A stretch of 28,523 nt of DNA from Meiothermus sp. (GTDB taxonomy: Bacteria; Deinococcota; Deinococci; Deinococcales; Thermaceae). Both the position numbers and the translations under genes were made by a program. The stretch lies in assembly GCA_033762915.1 (NCBI GenBank), contig JANRLD010000012.1, forward strand, positions 1-28,523, in the 5' to 3' direction. The notes under the pieces were generated by a model. It did not search any database and was not told where the DNA came from. It saw only the letters and a program-made list of their open reading frames with translations. Positions 9,518 through 19,174 of the stretch are shown in pieces. Numbering within the stretch: position 1 is the first letter of the stretch; the number at the start of each line of letters is the position of its first letter.

Positions 9518-10553
9518 GTTCCGGCTCCGCGCCCGCCAGCTCGGTCAACAGTTTTTCGCCCTGATAGACCAGTCCTCGGCGCAGCTTTACGGCGGGGTGC
9601 ACGGCGCGGTCTTTGGCCTGGAAGACCATCAACTCGTGGCCGTCTTCGGTGCGGATGTGAACCTGGCGGTAGGGGCCGAGGTCGATCACCCGGCCCACCG
9701 TCACCTTGGCCCCGTTGGGGTCGAACTCGAGGTCTTCCGGGCGGAAGGCCAGCTCGAGGTCGCCGCCGGGGAGGCTGGGGCTGGAGAGCTCGAACGGCCC
9801 GGCCTGGACCCGGCCCCCGGTGTAGCGGGCCGGGATGAAGTTCATCCGCCCGATGAAGTTGGCCACAAAGCGGGTGGCGGGCTGGTCGTAGAGTTTGCCG
9901 GGGGTGTCGAGCTGGTCCAGGAGCCCCTGGTTCATCACGGCGATACGGTCGGCCACCGAGAGGGCTTCTTCCTGGTCGTGGGTCACGAAGACGGTGGTGA
10001 TGCCCAGCTTGCGCTGGATGGACTTGATCTCCTCGCGCAGCTGCACCCGCAGCTTGGCGTCGAGGCTCGAGAGCGGCTCGTCCAGCAGCAGCACCTTGGG
10101 CTGGATCACCAGGGCCCTGGCCAGCGCGATGCGCTGCTGCTGGCCGCCGCTGAGCTGGTTGGGGTAGCGCTTCTCCACGCCGGGCAGGCCAACTAGCTCG
10201 AGGACTTCCCCCACCTTTTTCCGGATCACCTCCACGCTCATGCGGCGCAGCTTGAGGCCGAAGGCGATGTTGTGCTCGATGTTCATGTGCGGCCATAGCG
10301 TGTAGCGCTGGAACACCATCGCGGTGGGGCGCTGCTCCGGGCCGAGCTTGAGCACGCTCTTGTCCTCGATCCGCACGTCGCCGCCGTCGGGATCTATGAA
10401 CCCGGCCAGCATCCGCAGGGTGGTGGTCTTGCCGCAGCCGCTGGGGCCGAGCAAGCACAGCAGCTCGCCGCTGTTGACGGTCAGGTTCAGGTCCTTCACG
10501 GCGTGCCTGCTGCCGTAAATCTTCTGGATCTCCTGAAAGACGATCTCGGCCAA
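9507..10553 (-). CDS. ABC transporter ATP-binding protein (PotA/MalK-like)
   Basis: Walker A GPSGCGKT, LSGGQQQR signature, LLLDEP, VTHDQ; GGAGG and TTG start. Confidence 0.95.
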   Translation of the reverse strand: MAEIVFQEIQKIYGSRHAVKDLNLTVNSGELLCLLGPSGCGKTTTLRMLAGFIDPDGGDVRIEDKSVLKLGPEQRPTAMVFQRYTLWPHMNIEHNIAFGLKLRRMSVEVIRKKVGEVLELVGLPGVEKRYPNQLSGGQQQRIALARALVIQPKVLLLDEPLSSLDAKLRVQLREEIKSIQRKLGITTVFVTHDQEEALSVADRIAVMNQGLLDQLDTPGKLYDQPATRFVANFIGRMNFIPARYTGGRVQAGPFELSSPSLPGGDLELAFRPEDLEFDPNGAKVTVGRVIDLGPYRQVHIRTEDGHELMVFQAKDRAVHPAVKLRRGLVYQGEKLLTELAGAEPERAQ

Positions 10554-10654
10554 CTTAATTACCTCCCGCGTAGGTTATGCCTGACGACCCGGACGCAGGC
10601 CGGGCGGGGTTTGCGCCTGCGGCCTGGTTGCGGGGCGGCGGCGGTCTGCGCAAC

Positions 10655-11485
10655 TTAGCCCCCCTTGAAGCCCGCCGCCAGGTAGCCCGAGAGCAGGATG
10701 CGGCGCGAGAGGATCAGCAGGATTACGCTGGGGGTGGCCAGCAGGATGCTGAAGACCGCCCCCACCGGCTCGGGGTAGCTGTTGACCAGCGAGTACATCA
10801 ACACCGGCAGGGTGGTGATGTTGGGCGTGCCCACCACCAGGGTGCCCTGGGCCTCGTCGAAAGCGGCCAGGAAGGTCAGGATGCCCGCCACCAGGATGCC
10901 CGGCATGGCGATGGGGAGGGTCACGGTAAAGAAGACCCGCAGCGGGCTGGCCCCGGCGTCGCGGGCGGCCTCCTCGAGCTCGCGCGGCACTGCGCTAAAG
11001 CTGGCGGCGGGAATCCAGGTCATCAGCACCAGGGTGTTGATCAGCTGCACCAGCACCACCCCCCAGAAGGTGTTGACCAGGCCCAGCCCGAAGAAAAAGG
11101 CCGCGATGGCGATGAACAGCCCCAACTTGGGGAAGGCGTTGGCGGCCAGCAGCGAGACGTAGAAGACCCGTTTGAGGGGGAACTCGTACCTCGAGAAGGC
11201 GTACGCCGCAGGCAGGCAGATCAGGGCCGAGAGCAGCGTCACGGTGGGGGCGGTGGTGATGCTCCAGTAGGCGGCCTTGACGATCTCGTTGCGCCCCACG
11301 ATCCAGCCCCACCACTTCAGGCTGTACTCCTGGGGGGTCAGGGCCGGGTAAAACCAGCGGTCGGCGAACGCCCACAGCACCAGGGTCAGCAGCGGGAGCA
11401 GCAAGAACGCCCCGAAGCCCAGCACCAGGATCAGGGTCAGGCTGTTACGCAAGGGCTTGGAGTGAAGGAACCAGGTGTAGTTCAT
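10655..11485 (-). CDS. ABC transporter permease
   Basis: About 6 TM helices; EAA motif ELEEAARDAGAS. Confidence 0.93.
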   Translation of the reverse strand: MNYTWFLHSKPLRNSLTLILVLGFGAFLLLPLLTLVLWAFADRWFYPALTPQEYSLKWWGWIVGRNEIVKAAYWSITTAPTVTLLSALICLPAAYAFSRYEFPLKRVFYVSLLAANAFPKLGLFIAIAAFFFGLGLVNTFWGVVLVQLINTLVLMTWIPAASFSAVPRELEEAARDAGASPLRVFFTVTLPIAMPGILVAGILTFLAAFDEAQGTLVVGTPNITTLPVLMYSLVNSYPEPVGAVFSILLATPSVILLILSRRILLSGYLAAGFKGG

Positions 11486-11488
11486 AGT

Positions 11489-12409
11489 CTATTGCTGCGA
11501 CCGGTTCTGCCGGGTGGTGGCAACCACGTAGATGTAGCCCGCCACCGCGCAGACCGCGAAGCTGAAGACCGCGATGGCGACGGCGGTCTGGGGCTGGCGG
11601 AAGGCGGTGAAGTTGACCTGCATGCTGACCCCCAGCATCTGCGGCACGGTGGGGCCCAGCATGTAGGGCACCGTGAAGCTGCCGAAGACGCCGATGAAGG
11701 TGAAGGTGGCCACGATCAGGGCCGGGACGATGTTCAGCGGGATCAGGATGCGCCAGAGGATGGTGGCGAAGCTGGCCCCGCAGTCCTTGGCGGCCTCGAT
11801 GTGGTCGTCGGAGATGGCGTCCAGGCCGCTGCTGAGCATGAGCACCGCAAAGGGGATGCTGGCCCAGACCTGACCCATGATGATGCCCCAGTCCTGGCGG
11901 ATGATGGTCTGGTAGGGGACGCCAAACCTCGAGAGCAGGGCCTCGAGCAGTCCGTTGTCGCCGAAGAAGACGATCAGGGCGTACGAGGCGATGATGGTGG
12001 GGATGAACATCGGCACCAGGTACAGCGTGCGGATGATCGAAGGCAAGCGGCCCTTGCCGAAGCGGGCGTAGAGGGCCAGCACGTAGGCCACCACCAACAG
12101 GATCAGCACGCTGACGATGCTGACGAAGAAGGTCAGCCGCACGTTCTGCTGAAAGAAGGGGCTGGCGAAGAGCTTCTCGAAGACCTCGAGGGTAGGGCCG
12201 TTGCTGCGGATCACGTTGAGCCCGCTGGCGTAGGCCACGTTATCCTCGGGAACCAGCCCCAGCGAAAACTTGACCGCCTCGAACGCCGGAAGCAGGATCA
12301 GGAAGAACAGCACCACCATCGGGGGCAGGGCCAGCAAAAAGCCGACCACCGCCTCCCGACGTCGCTTTAGCGTTGCGGTTGGGGTGTACCCGCGACTTTT
12401 TCGTACCAC
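11489..12409 (-). CDS. ABC transporter permease (start codon uncertain)
   Basis: TM helices; EAAKDCGAS EAA motif. The GTG at 12409 overlaps the upstream gene by 43 nt and has no clear RBS. Confidence 0.88.
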   Translation of the reverse strand: MVRKSRGYTPTATLKRRREAVVGFLLALPPMVVLFFLILLPAFEAVKFSLGLVPEDNVAYASGLNVIRSNGPTLEVFEKLFASPFFQQNVRLTFFVSIVSVLILLVVAYVLALYARFGKGRLPSIIRTLYLVPMFIPTIIASYALIVFFGDNGLLEALLSRFGVPYQTIIRQDWGIIMGQVWASIPFAVLMLSSGLDAISDDHIEAAKDCGASFATILWRILIPLNIVPALIVATFTFIGVFGSFTVPYMLGPTVPQMLGVSMQVNFTAFRQPQTAVAIAVFSFAVCAVAGYIYVVATTRQNRSQQ

Positions 12410-13476
12410 AAGCGCACCATGTCACTGCCGAACTTGCTGGAGAATTCGAAGCTGTAGCTCTTGGCGATGGAGCCGAACTTCTGTCGCACATCGGCAGGCA
12501 TGTTGATCAGCTTGATGCCGGGGTAACCGTTCATCTGCTCGGTCACCACGCTCTGGGCCTCGCTGCCCATCAGCCAGTTGAGGAAGGTGTAGCCCGCCGC
12601 CTTGTTGGACGAGTCCTTGGAGACGCCGACATAGGCGCTGCCGCCGTAGAAGGGCGGGGTGAGCTGGATCAGCTTGATGTGCTGGGGGAGCAGGCCTTGC
12701 TTGAGGTTGCTGAGGGCCTGATCCGACCAAACCGGCCCCATGGTAATGGCCCCGCGGGCCAGGAATTGCAGGGTCTCGGCGTTGTTCCTGGAGTACTGGC
12801 CGCCCTGGTAGAGCTTGGGGCCGATGCGCTTGAGAATTTCCAGGCCCCGATCCCACTGGTTCTGCTTAGCGGGGTCGTAGCCGGTCTCGAAGAGGGTAGA
12901 GTCCTGGGGGTTGATGCCGATGCGCAACACCCGCGTCACGAAGGCCCGGCCGCTGCCGCCCGCGTCGGGGGCGTTGTAGGTGAACTGGCCGGGGTTGGCC
13001 TCGATCCAGGCGATCAGGGCCTCGAGGGTGCGCGGAGGGTTCTTGACCTTGTTGGAGTCGTAGGCCAGCACCACGCTGCTGCCCCGGTAGGGCAGGCCGA
13101 AGTACTTCAGCCGCTCGAGGGCGTTGGTCTCAACCAGGAAGAGCCTGGGCACCTTTCTCACGTCCAACTTCTCCAGGAGCCCCGCGTCCGCCGCGTCCAG
13201 CACTGGCCCCTCGAGCAGGTCCACGCCGGAGGGCCGGTTGGCCTTAACGGCCGCCGCCATGCGGTCTACGGTGGCCCCCGCCGCGCTGCTGGCCGAGAAA
13301 ACGAGGTTGATCTTGATGTTGGGGTTCTGACGCTCAAACATCGGGATCAGGCTCTTCTCCCACAGGTCGCGCACGTTCACGTCGCCGCTGGAGTAGAAGT
13401 TGAGGGTGACAGGCGCATTCTGCGCCCCCGCCCCCAGCAAAAGCCCCAAACCACCCAAAATCAGGTATCTCTTCAT
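12367..13476 (-). CDS. ABC transporter extracellular solute-binding protein
   Basis: Signal peptide MKRYLILGGLGLLLGAGA; NPGQFTY and GGSG motifs of PotD/YnjB-like binding proteins; GGAGG RBS; first gene of the ABC operon. Confidence 0.9.
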   Translation of the reverse strand: MKRYLILGGLGLLLGAGAQNAPVTLNFYSSGDVNVRDLWEKSLIPMFERQNPNIKINLVFSASSAAGATVDRMAAAVKANRPSGVDLLEGPVLDAADAGLLEKLDVRKVPRLFLVETNALERLKYFGLPYRGSSVVLAYDSNKVKNPPRTLEALIAWIEANPGQFTYNAPDAGGSGRAFVTRVLRIGINPQDSTLFETGYDPAKQNQWDRGLEILKRIGPKLYQGGQYSRNNAETLQFLARGAITMGPVWSDQALSNLKQGLLPQHIKLIQLTPPFYGGSAYVGVSKDSSNKAAGYTFLNWLMGSEAQSVVTEQMNGYPGIKLINMPADVRQKFGSIAKSYSFEFSSKFGSDMVRLWYEKVAGTPQPQR

Positions 13477-13719
13477 AACAACTCCTCCCTGAAAGCCTTC
13501 AGTCTCGATATGTGCTGTGGGGAGTATTCAAACACGCTGTCAGGTGGTAGTCAAGGGAGAGCCCACCGCGGCTGATGCGTATACAATCGAGCCGGTGTTC
13601 CGGGGCCTGCACCGCAGGGTCTGCGGTCGGTGACGGATTCGCGGCTTAAGGTCGGACAAGAGCATGGGGCCGAAGTCCGTCCCCGACGCGTTGGCGGGGT
13701 GGGCAGATGGGAATCAACT

Positions 13720-14754
13720 TTAGGACCGCTGGAAGACGACCCGCTGGGCATTCTCGGCGTAGACCTTGCGCAGCACCTCGTCCGGCAGGCCCAGACCGTA
13801 GATGCGCCAGCGGCCCTGGCTGGGGGGTTCGGCGGTGTCGTAGCCGAAGTACTCGTCCTCGGTCTCGAGAAACCGGTAATAGACGCGGTACAGCTCAGGC
13901 CTCAGCCCGCCGTCCAGCCCGAACAAGATGCGCTCGGGGAACTCCAAAAAGAACCGGCGGGCTGTGTAGGGCTGGCGGCCCAACTCGGCAATGCGGGCGC
14001 TGAAGTCGACGTAGAAGTTGGGGCAGCGCCGCAGCAGGTCGGAGACCCACCCCAAGTTCTCGGCGTAACAGCCCACATGCGCCCCGATAAAGTCGGTGCC
14101 TGGGTGTCGCTCGACCAGCCGGGCGAACGCCTCCACGATGGCGAGGAAGCCGGGAAAGGGCGGGCTGGGAAAGTGCCAGTCGGGGTAGGCCTGCAGTTCC
14201 TCATAGCGCTCGTTGTGGGCGTCTAAGGGGTCGAAGAAGGCCACCGGGTCGGCCACGTGCACCAGCACCGGAAGGTTCAGCGCCCCCGCGGCGCGCCAGA
14301 GCGGGTCGAGGCGGGGGTCGTCCACCGCCGTCAGGGCGCCGTGCTGGTCGCGCACGTGCAGCCCGAAGGGCTTCCAGATCTTGAGCCCCTGCGCGCCGCG
14401 CGCCGCCTGCGCCCGCAGCCGCTCGGCGGCGTAGTGGCCGAACTCGTCGCCGTACTTTGGCCAGGCCGCCCAGTCCACCCCGCCGAAGACCGCGAAGCGC
14501 TCCGGGGCCGCCGCCTTGAAGCGGGCCAGGTGCCGGTCCAGCACCTCCTCGCCCCAGCCGCCGTCCAGGTCGACCAGTGCCGTCACTCCAGCCCGATCCA
14601 TCGCCTCCAGCGCCTGTGCCACGGGCCGCCGCTCCCAGCCCTCGCCGAACAGCTCGAGGTGGTTGTGGGCGTCAATCACCGGGAAGCGCGGCTGGTCGAC
14701 CTCGGTGGCCTTGGTGACGAGCCTAGGGCGGGGGCGGAAGTCGGAGAGGTTCAC
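13720..14754 (-). CDS. Amidohydrolase_2 family metallohydrolase
   Basis: IDAHNH, LKIWK, LVHVAD, GAH and ILFGLD motifs. Confidence 0.9.
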   Translation of the reverse strand: MNLSDFRPRPRLVTKATEVDQPRFPVIDAHNHLELFGEGWERRPVAQALEAMDRAGVTALVDLDGGWGEEVLDRHLARFKAAAPERFAVFGGVDWAAWPKYGDEFGHYAAERLRAQAARGAQGLKIWKPFGLHVRDQHGALTAVDDPRLDPLWRAAGALNLPVLVHVADPVAFFDPLDAHNERYEELQAYPDWHFPSPPFPGFLAIVEAFARLVERHPGTDFIGAHVGCYAENLGWVSDLLRRCPNFYVDFSARIAELGRQPYTARRFFLEFPERILFGLDGGLRPELYRVYYRFLETEDEYFGYDTAEPPSQGRWRIYGLGLPDEVLRKVYAENAQRVVFQRS

Positions 14755-14872
14755 GCTGGGGGCAGTCTAACACCGGGCTTTAGGCTCGAGGGAATGCCGA
14801 AGACTCGGCGGGGAGGTGGGAGGTGCGCCGGGGTCTTTGCGAATCCGGCGCCTGCCGCAGCCGCGCGCTGGT

Positions 14873-14932
14873 GCAAGCACTGATGCAAGCACCTGAACAA
14901 GCACCGGGGCAAGCACGGGCGCAATTCCTTGA
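14873..14932. repeat. 12-bp tandem repeat, 5 units, CAAGCAC core
   Basis: GCAAGCACTGAT GCAAGCACCTGA ACAAGCACCGGG GCAAGCACGGGC GCAATTCCTTGA. Confidence 0.8.
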
Positions 14933-15066
14933 GCGGGCGCTTCGGGACGGCACCCCGCAAGCCGTGCAGACACAACAGGTCTCCACACCTTGCCCGGCCA
15001 GGCCCAAGGCGCTCCAGGAGTGCGCCCAAGGGCGCTGGCCTGCGGCCTCGAGCCCGGGGAGTGGGC

Positions 15067-15549
15067 CTACTGGCCTCTGAGCAGTTCGCTGGAGTGCAGC
15101 AGATGATCCAGACACTCTGTGTAGTCCACGCCCTGGCGAAAATCTTCAGCCAGGTCGGCCACGCTGACCGCGCTCAGGGTGGCCAGGACCGCGTCTCGCA
15201 CCCGCACCCAGACGGCGTTGCGGGCCTGGCAGCGGCGCTCCTCGCGGCAGACTTTGGGCCAGTTCAGGCTGACGCAGGAGAGCGGGGCGATGGGGCCGTC
15301 TACGGCGCGGATCACGTCACGCAGGTTGATCTCGTGGGGCGCCCTGGGGAGGGCGTAGCCACCGCCCGCGCCCTTCTTGGAGGTGACCAGCCCGTGCCCC
15401 ACCAGGGCCGCAAGTATTCGCACCAGATAGGTCCGCCGCACCCCCGTGGCATTGCTAAGCTCCTCGCTGCCCACGAAGCGCTCGGGGGGTTGGGTGCCCA
15501 AGTAGCCCAGGGCCTTGAACGCATAGATGTCGGTGTTGGAAAGGCGCAT
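15067..15549 (-). CDS. Rrf2 family transcriptional regulator with three Cys (putative Fe-S ligands)
   Basis: wHTH with [15 protein letters not shown] and C-terminal [16 protein letters not shown]; leaderless TAAACT 6 nt upstream. Confidence 0.92.
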   Translation of the reverse strand: MRLSNTDIYAFKALGYLGTQPPERFVGSEELSNATGVRRTYLVRILAALVGHGLVTSKKGAGGGYALPRAPHEINLRDVIRAVDGPIAPLSCVSLNWPKVCREERRCQARNAVWVRVRDAVLATLSAVSVADLAEDFRQGVDYTECLDHLLHSSELLRGQ

Positions 15550-15556
15550 GGATTTA

Positions 15557-15575
15557 GTTTACAACCTTTGTAATC
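15557..15575. promoter_or_regulatory. Candidate Rrf2 operator
   Basis: GTTTACAACCTTTGTAATC (TTACAA-N3-TTGTAA) overlaps the rrf2 -10 box in the divergent intergenic region. Confidence 0.5.
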
Positions 15576-15601
15576 TGTGTTAGCGTAGCCTCGAGCCGAA
15601 T

Positions 15602-15610
15602 TGTTATAGT
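15602..15610 (+). promoter_or_regulatory. Extended -10 promoter element for the sulfurtransferase
   Basis: TGTTATAGT (TGn-TATAGT) upstream of the AAAGGAG RBS. Confidence 0.55.
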
Positions 15611-15642
15611 TGTGGGCGGCTGTTATGCGTAAAGGAGAATCC

Positions 15643-16497
15643 ATGAGCTACGCCAACCCCGATGTGCTGGTTTCCACCGACTGGGTGCTGGAGCACCACG
15701 CCGACCCCAAGATCAAGGTGCTCGAGGTCAACGAGGACATCCTGCTCTACGATACCGGCCACATCCCCGGTGCCCAAAAGGTGGACTGGCAGGGCGACCT
15801 CTGGGATCCGATCATCCGCGAGTTTATCCAGCCCGACGAGCTGGCCCGGCTGTTTGAGCGGCTGGGCATCTCCAACGACACCACCATCGTGCTCTACGGC
15901 GATAAGAACAACTGGTGGGCCGCCTACGCCTTCTGGTTCTTCACCTACAGTGGCCACCGGCACCTCAAGCTGATGAACGGCGGACGCATCAAGTGGGTCC
16001 AGGAAGAAAAACCCCTCACCACCGAGGTGCCCTCCTACCCCACAGCTTCCTACACCCCTGGCCAGCGCGACCCCGACCAGCGGGCCTTCCGCGACGACGT
16101 GCTCAAGCACCTGGCCGCTGTCCAGGCAGGCAAGGGGGCCCTGGTGGACGTGCGCAGCCCCGCCGAGTTCAGCGGCGAGAAGACCCATATGCCCGAGTAC
16201 CCCCAGGAAGGCGTGCTGCGCGGCGGCCACATCCCCGGCGCAAAGAGCATCCCCTGGGCCACCACCGTCAACCCCGACGGCACCTTTAAGAGCGTAGACG
16301 AGCTGACCGCCCTCTACGCGCCCAAGGGGGTGACGCCCGACAAGGAAGTGATCGCCTACTGCCGCATTGCCGAGCGCAGCAGCCACAGCTGGTTCGTACT
16401 GAAGTACCTGCTGGGCTTCCCCAACGTCAAGAACTACGACGGGAGCTGGACAGAGTGGGGCAACAGCGTGGGGGTGCCGATCGAGAAGGGGGCATGA
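15643..16497 (+). CDS. Tandem-domain sulfurtransferase (rhodanese, SseA/CysA-like)
   Basis: [16 protein letters not shown], active-site YCRIAERSS and [10 protein letters not shown] motifs; AAAGGAG RBS. Confidence 0.95.
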   Translation: MSYANPDVLVSTDWVLEHHADPKIKVLEVNEDILLYDTGHIPGAQKVDWQGDLWDPIIREFIQPDELARLFERLGISNDTTIVLYGDKNNWWAAYAFWFFTYSGHRHLKLMNGGRIKWVQEEKPLTTEVPSYPTASYTPGQRDPDQRAFRDDVLKHLAAVQAGKGALVDVRSPAEFSGEKTHMPEYPQEGVLRGGHIPGAKSIPWATTVNPDGTFKSVDELTALYAPKGVTPDKEVIAYCRIAERSSHSWFVLKYLLGFPNVKNYDGSWTEWGNSVGVPIEKGA

Positions 16498-16531
16498 GCC
16501 CAGGGCCAGAGTGATACAGCCAACGCTCCCC

Positions 16532-16566
16532 CCACCGACCCCGGGCCTCCGGGGTCGGTGGCTTTT
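16532..16566 (+). terminator. Intrinsic terminator between convergent genes
   Basis: 13-bp perfect stem CCACCGACCCCGG-GCCT-CCGGGGTCGGTGG followed by CTTTT. Confidence 0.75.
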
Positions 16567-16597
16567 GGGCCGCGGCGGTGTTTGCCGCAGCGGGAAG

Positions 16598-17428
16598 TCA
16601 CCAGTACAGCCCCGCCCCTACCTCGTTCAAGGCGTCGTGGTAGACGCGGTAGGTGGGCATGATGCGGGCCACCAAGTACCAGTATTTCGAGCTGTGGTTG
16701 AGCACCTTGAGGTGGGCCATCTCGTGGACCACCACATAGTCCAGGATGCCAATTTCGGCCTGAACCAGCCGCCAGTTAAAGCGCAGCTCGCCCTTGGCGT
16801 TGCAGCTTCCCCAGCGCTTCTTCTGGTCGCGGATCAGCACCCTGGGCATGGGCCACTCGAGCTGCCCCGCGTAGAACGCCACCCGCTCGGCGATGACGCG
16901 CTCGGCCTCGGCCCGGTACCAGCCCTCCAGCACCTCGCGCACCGGCCTGTTGCCGGGGAACACCTCGAGCAGTTCTCCGGTCAGCCGCGCCCAGGGCTTC
17001 GGTCTCCCGCCCCCGCGGGCGGTCTGGAGCACCTCGGAGAAGTCGAAGGAGAACAGGTCCGCCTGGAGCGCAGGCCGGCGGTTGGCGGGTGCGGACGGGC
17101 GTCGGCCTTCGGACGGGGGCGGCTGGCCGCTCTCCCCGTTGACGCTCAACACCACCTCCCGCCCCAGATACATAAACCGCTCCCCACTCACGAACCGCTT
17201 GGCCGGGGCCAGTTTGCTCTGGAACTCGAGGTGCTTCTCCACGATCCAGCCCGCCTTGGTGGTCACCAGCTCCATCACCCGCTTGCGCGACATCCGCAGC
17301 GGCGCGGCCACCCGCACCCCGTTGTGGTCGATGGTGATCCCCACCGAGCGCCGCTTGGCGCTGCGGTGGATCAGCAGCGGGATGGTGTGGTGCTGGTAGT
17401 GCAGGGTGGCGGTCTCGGGCTCGGACAT
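16598..17428 (-). CDS. YgjP/DUF45 (SprT-like, M48-annotated) zinc metallopeptidase
   Basis: RWGSC, FNWRL and YVVVHEMAHL (HExxH) motifs followed by NHS; about 45-aa low-complexity insert in the middle. Confidence 0.88.
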   Translation of the reverse strand: MSEPETATLHYQHHTIPLLIHRSAKRRSVGITIDHNGVRVAAPLRMSRKRVMELVTTKAGWIVEKHLEFQSKLAPAKRFVSGERFMYLGREVVLSVNGESGQPPPSEGRRPSAPANRRPALQADLFSFDFSEVLQTARGGGRPKPWARLTGELLEVFPGNRPVREVLEGWYRAEAERVIAERVAFYAGQLEWPMPRVLIRDQKKRWGSCNAKGELRFNWRLVQAEIGILDYVVVHEMAHLKVLNHSSKYWYLVARIMPTYRVYHDALNEVGAGLYW

Positions 17429-17692
17429 GCTCGTAAAAATTGTATGCGCAAACAGTCGGGCGAACGTAAGTCAGGGCTCTGACAGCACACGGGCTCGAAG
17501 CAGCCGAGGGGCAACAGTTCGACTCGAGCGTGGGCCGCAGGGCGACCGCAGTTTGGGTAAGGTGCTCCCTCGAGCCCAAACTACAGTACAACTCAACCCG
17601 GCGAACTCGATAAACCGGCCTTAAGCGCCCCACAGCTCTGTTCCTCTGGGCCCAGTTTCGCACTTCGCACCCGCTTCCCTGCTCCCTCCCCA

Positions 17693-17722
17693 TTGACTTA
17701 CCCCAAAGCCCTGCCGTACCTT
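17693..17722 (+). promoter_or_regulatory. Sigma70-type promoter of leaderless glcD
   Basis: TTGACT-N18-TACCTT, then 6 nt to the ATG at 17729; no SD. Confidence 0.65.
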
Positions 17723-17728
17723 CAATCC

Positions 17729-19174
17729 ATGCAAACCAAGCCCGACCTGGCCGAACTCCGGGGGCTGCTGCCGGGGCGGGTGCTCGACCGGCCGGGCGAG
17801 CTGACGCCCTACGAGTCCGACGCCCTCACCGCCTTCCGGGCCAGGCCGCTGGCGGTGGTGCTGCCCGAGAGCGCCGAGGAAGTGGTGGCGGCGGTGCGCT
17901 GGTGCGCCAAGCACGAGGTGCCGTACGTGGCCCGGGGCTCGGGCACCTCGCTCTCCGGCGGCTCGCTGCCCATCGACGGCGGCCTGTTGATCGGGCTCAA
18001 CAAGCTCAACAAGCTGATAAAGCTAGACCCAAAAGAGCGCGTCGCAGTGGTGCAACCGGGCTTTATCAACCTCCAGGTCTCCAACGCCGCCGCGCCCCAC
18101 GGCCTCTACTACGCCCCCGACCCCAGCAGCCAGCCAGTCAGTACCATCGGGGGCAACCTGGCCTTCAACTCGGGCGGGGCGCACTGCCTCAAGTACGGCA
18201 TGACCTCCAACCACGTGCTGGGGGCCAAGGTGGTGCTGCCCACCGGCGAGGTAGTGGATCTGGGCGGCGAGAGCCTCGAGGGCGTCGGCACCGACTGGCT
18301 GGGCCTGTTCGTGGGCTCCGAGGGGTTGATGGGCATCGCCCTCGAGGTCACCCTGCGCCTGCTACCCAGGCCGGAAAAGTACCACACCGTGCTGGCCGCC
18401 TACGACAGCCTCGAGAAGGCGGGCGAGGCGGTGGCGGCGGTGGTGGCGAGCGGGCTGCTGCCGGGCGCGATGGAGATCATGGACAGCCTGGCGATTGAGG
18501 CCGCCGAGGCCGCGGTGAAGGCAGGCTACCCGATGGACGCTCGGGCGCTGCTAATCGTGGAACTCGAGGGCGAGGTCCCGCAGGTCGAGGCCGAGGCGCG
18601 GCACCTGCAAGCCGTGATCGAGCAGTCAGGCGCGTACGAGGTGCGGGTTGCCAAGAACAACGACGAGCGGATGAAAATCTGGAAAGGCCGCAAGGCCGCC
18701 TTCTCGGCGGTGGGCCGCCTGAGCCCGGACTACATCGTGCAAGATGGGGTGGTGCCCCGCTCGAAGTTAGGACTGGCCCTGGCGGAGATCGAGCAGCTTT
18801 CGGCCAAGCACGGCCTGCGGGTCGCCAACGTCTTCCACGCGGGCGACGGCAACCTGCACCCGCTGATTCTGTACAACGGGCGCGTCGAGGGCGAACTCCA
18901 CCGCGCCGAGGAGTTGGCCGGGGAAATCTTAAAACTGTGCGTCTCGCTGGGCGGCGCCATCACCGGCGAGCACGGCGTGGGCCGGGGGAAGAAGGCCTAC
19001 ATGCCCGAGATGTGTGGCGAGGGCGACCTCGAGCTGGTGGGCCGCATCCGCCGCGCCCTCGACCCCAACGAGCTCTCAAACCGGGGCAAGATGCTGCCCG
19101 ACGGCGAGGCCCCGGCGCTGAAGATGTACGGGGCGCACCCGCTGGAAAAAGCCGGGGTGATCTCGCGTGAATGA
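17729..19174 (+). CDS. glcD: Glycolate oxidase FAD-linked subunit
   Basis: [36 protein letters not shown] and GEHG motifs; first gene of glcDEF. Confidence 0.92.
   Translation: MQTKPDLAELRGLLPGRVLDRPGELTPYESDALTAFRARPLAVVLPESAEEVVAAVRWCAKHEVPYVARGSGTSLSGGSLPIDGGLLIGLNKLNKLIKLDPKERVAVVQPGFINLQVSNAAAPHGLYYAPDPSSQPVSTIGGNLAFNSGGAHCLKYGMTSNHVLGAKVVLPTGEVVDLGGESLEGVGTDWLGLFVGSEGLMGIALEVTLRLLPRPEKYHTVLAAYDSLEKAGEAVAAVVASGLLPGAMEIMDSLAIEAAEAAVKAGYPMDARALLIVELEGEVPQVEAEARHLQAVIEQSGAYEVRVAKNNDERMKIWKGRKAAFSAVGRLSPDYIVQDGVVPRSKLGLALAEIEQLSAKHGLRVANVFHAGDGNLHPLILYNGRVEGELHRAEELAGEILKLCVSLGGAITGEHGVGRGKKAYMPEMCGEGDLELVGRIRRALDPNELSNRGKMLPDGEAPALKMYGAHPLEKAGVISRE

Noticed and set aside
13523..13554. Promoter and LacI-type operator upstream of the binding-protein gene (TTGACT; TGACAGCGTGTTTG)
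   Set aside because: The -35/-10 spacing is poor, only half the palindrome matches, and there is no LacI gene in the window.
10577..13575. Long plus-strand ORFs of 597 aa and 400 aa
   Set aside because: Antisense shadows of the ABC genes, expected in high-GC DNA; no motifs or RBS.
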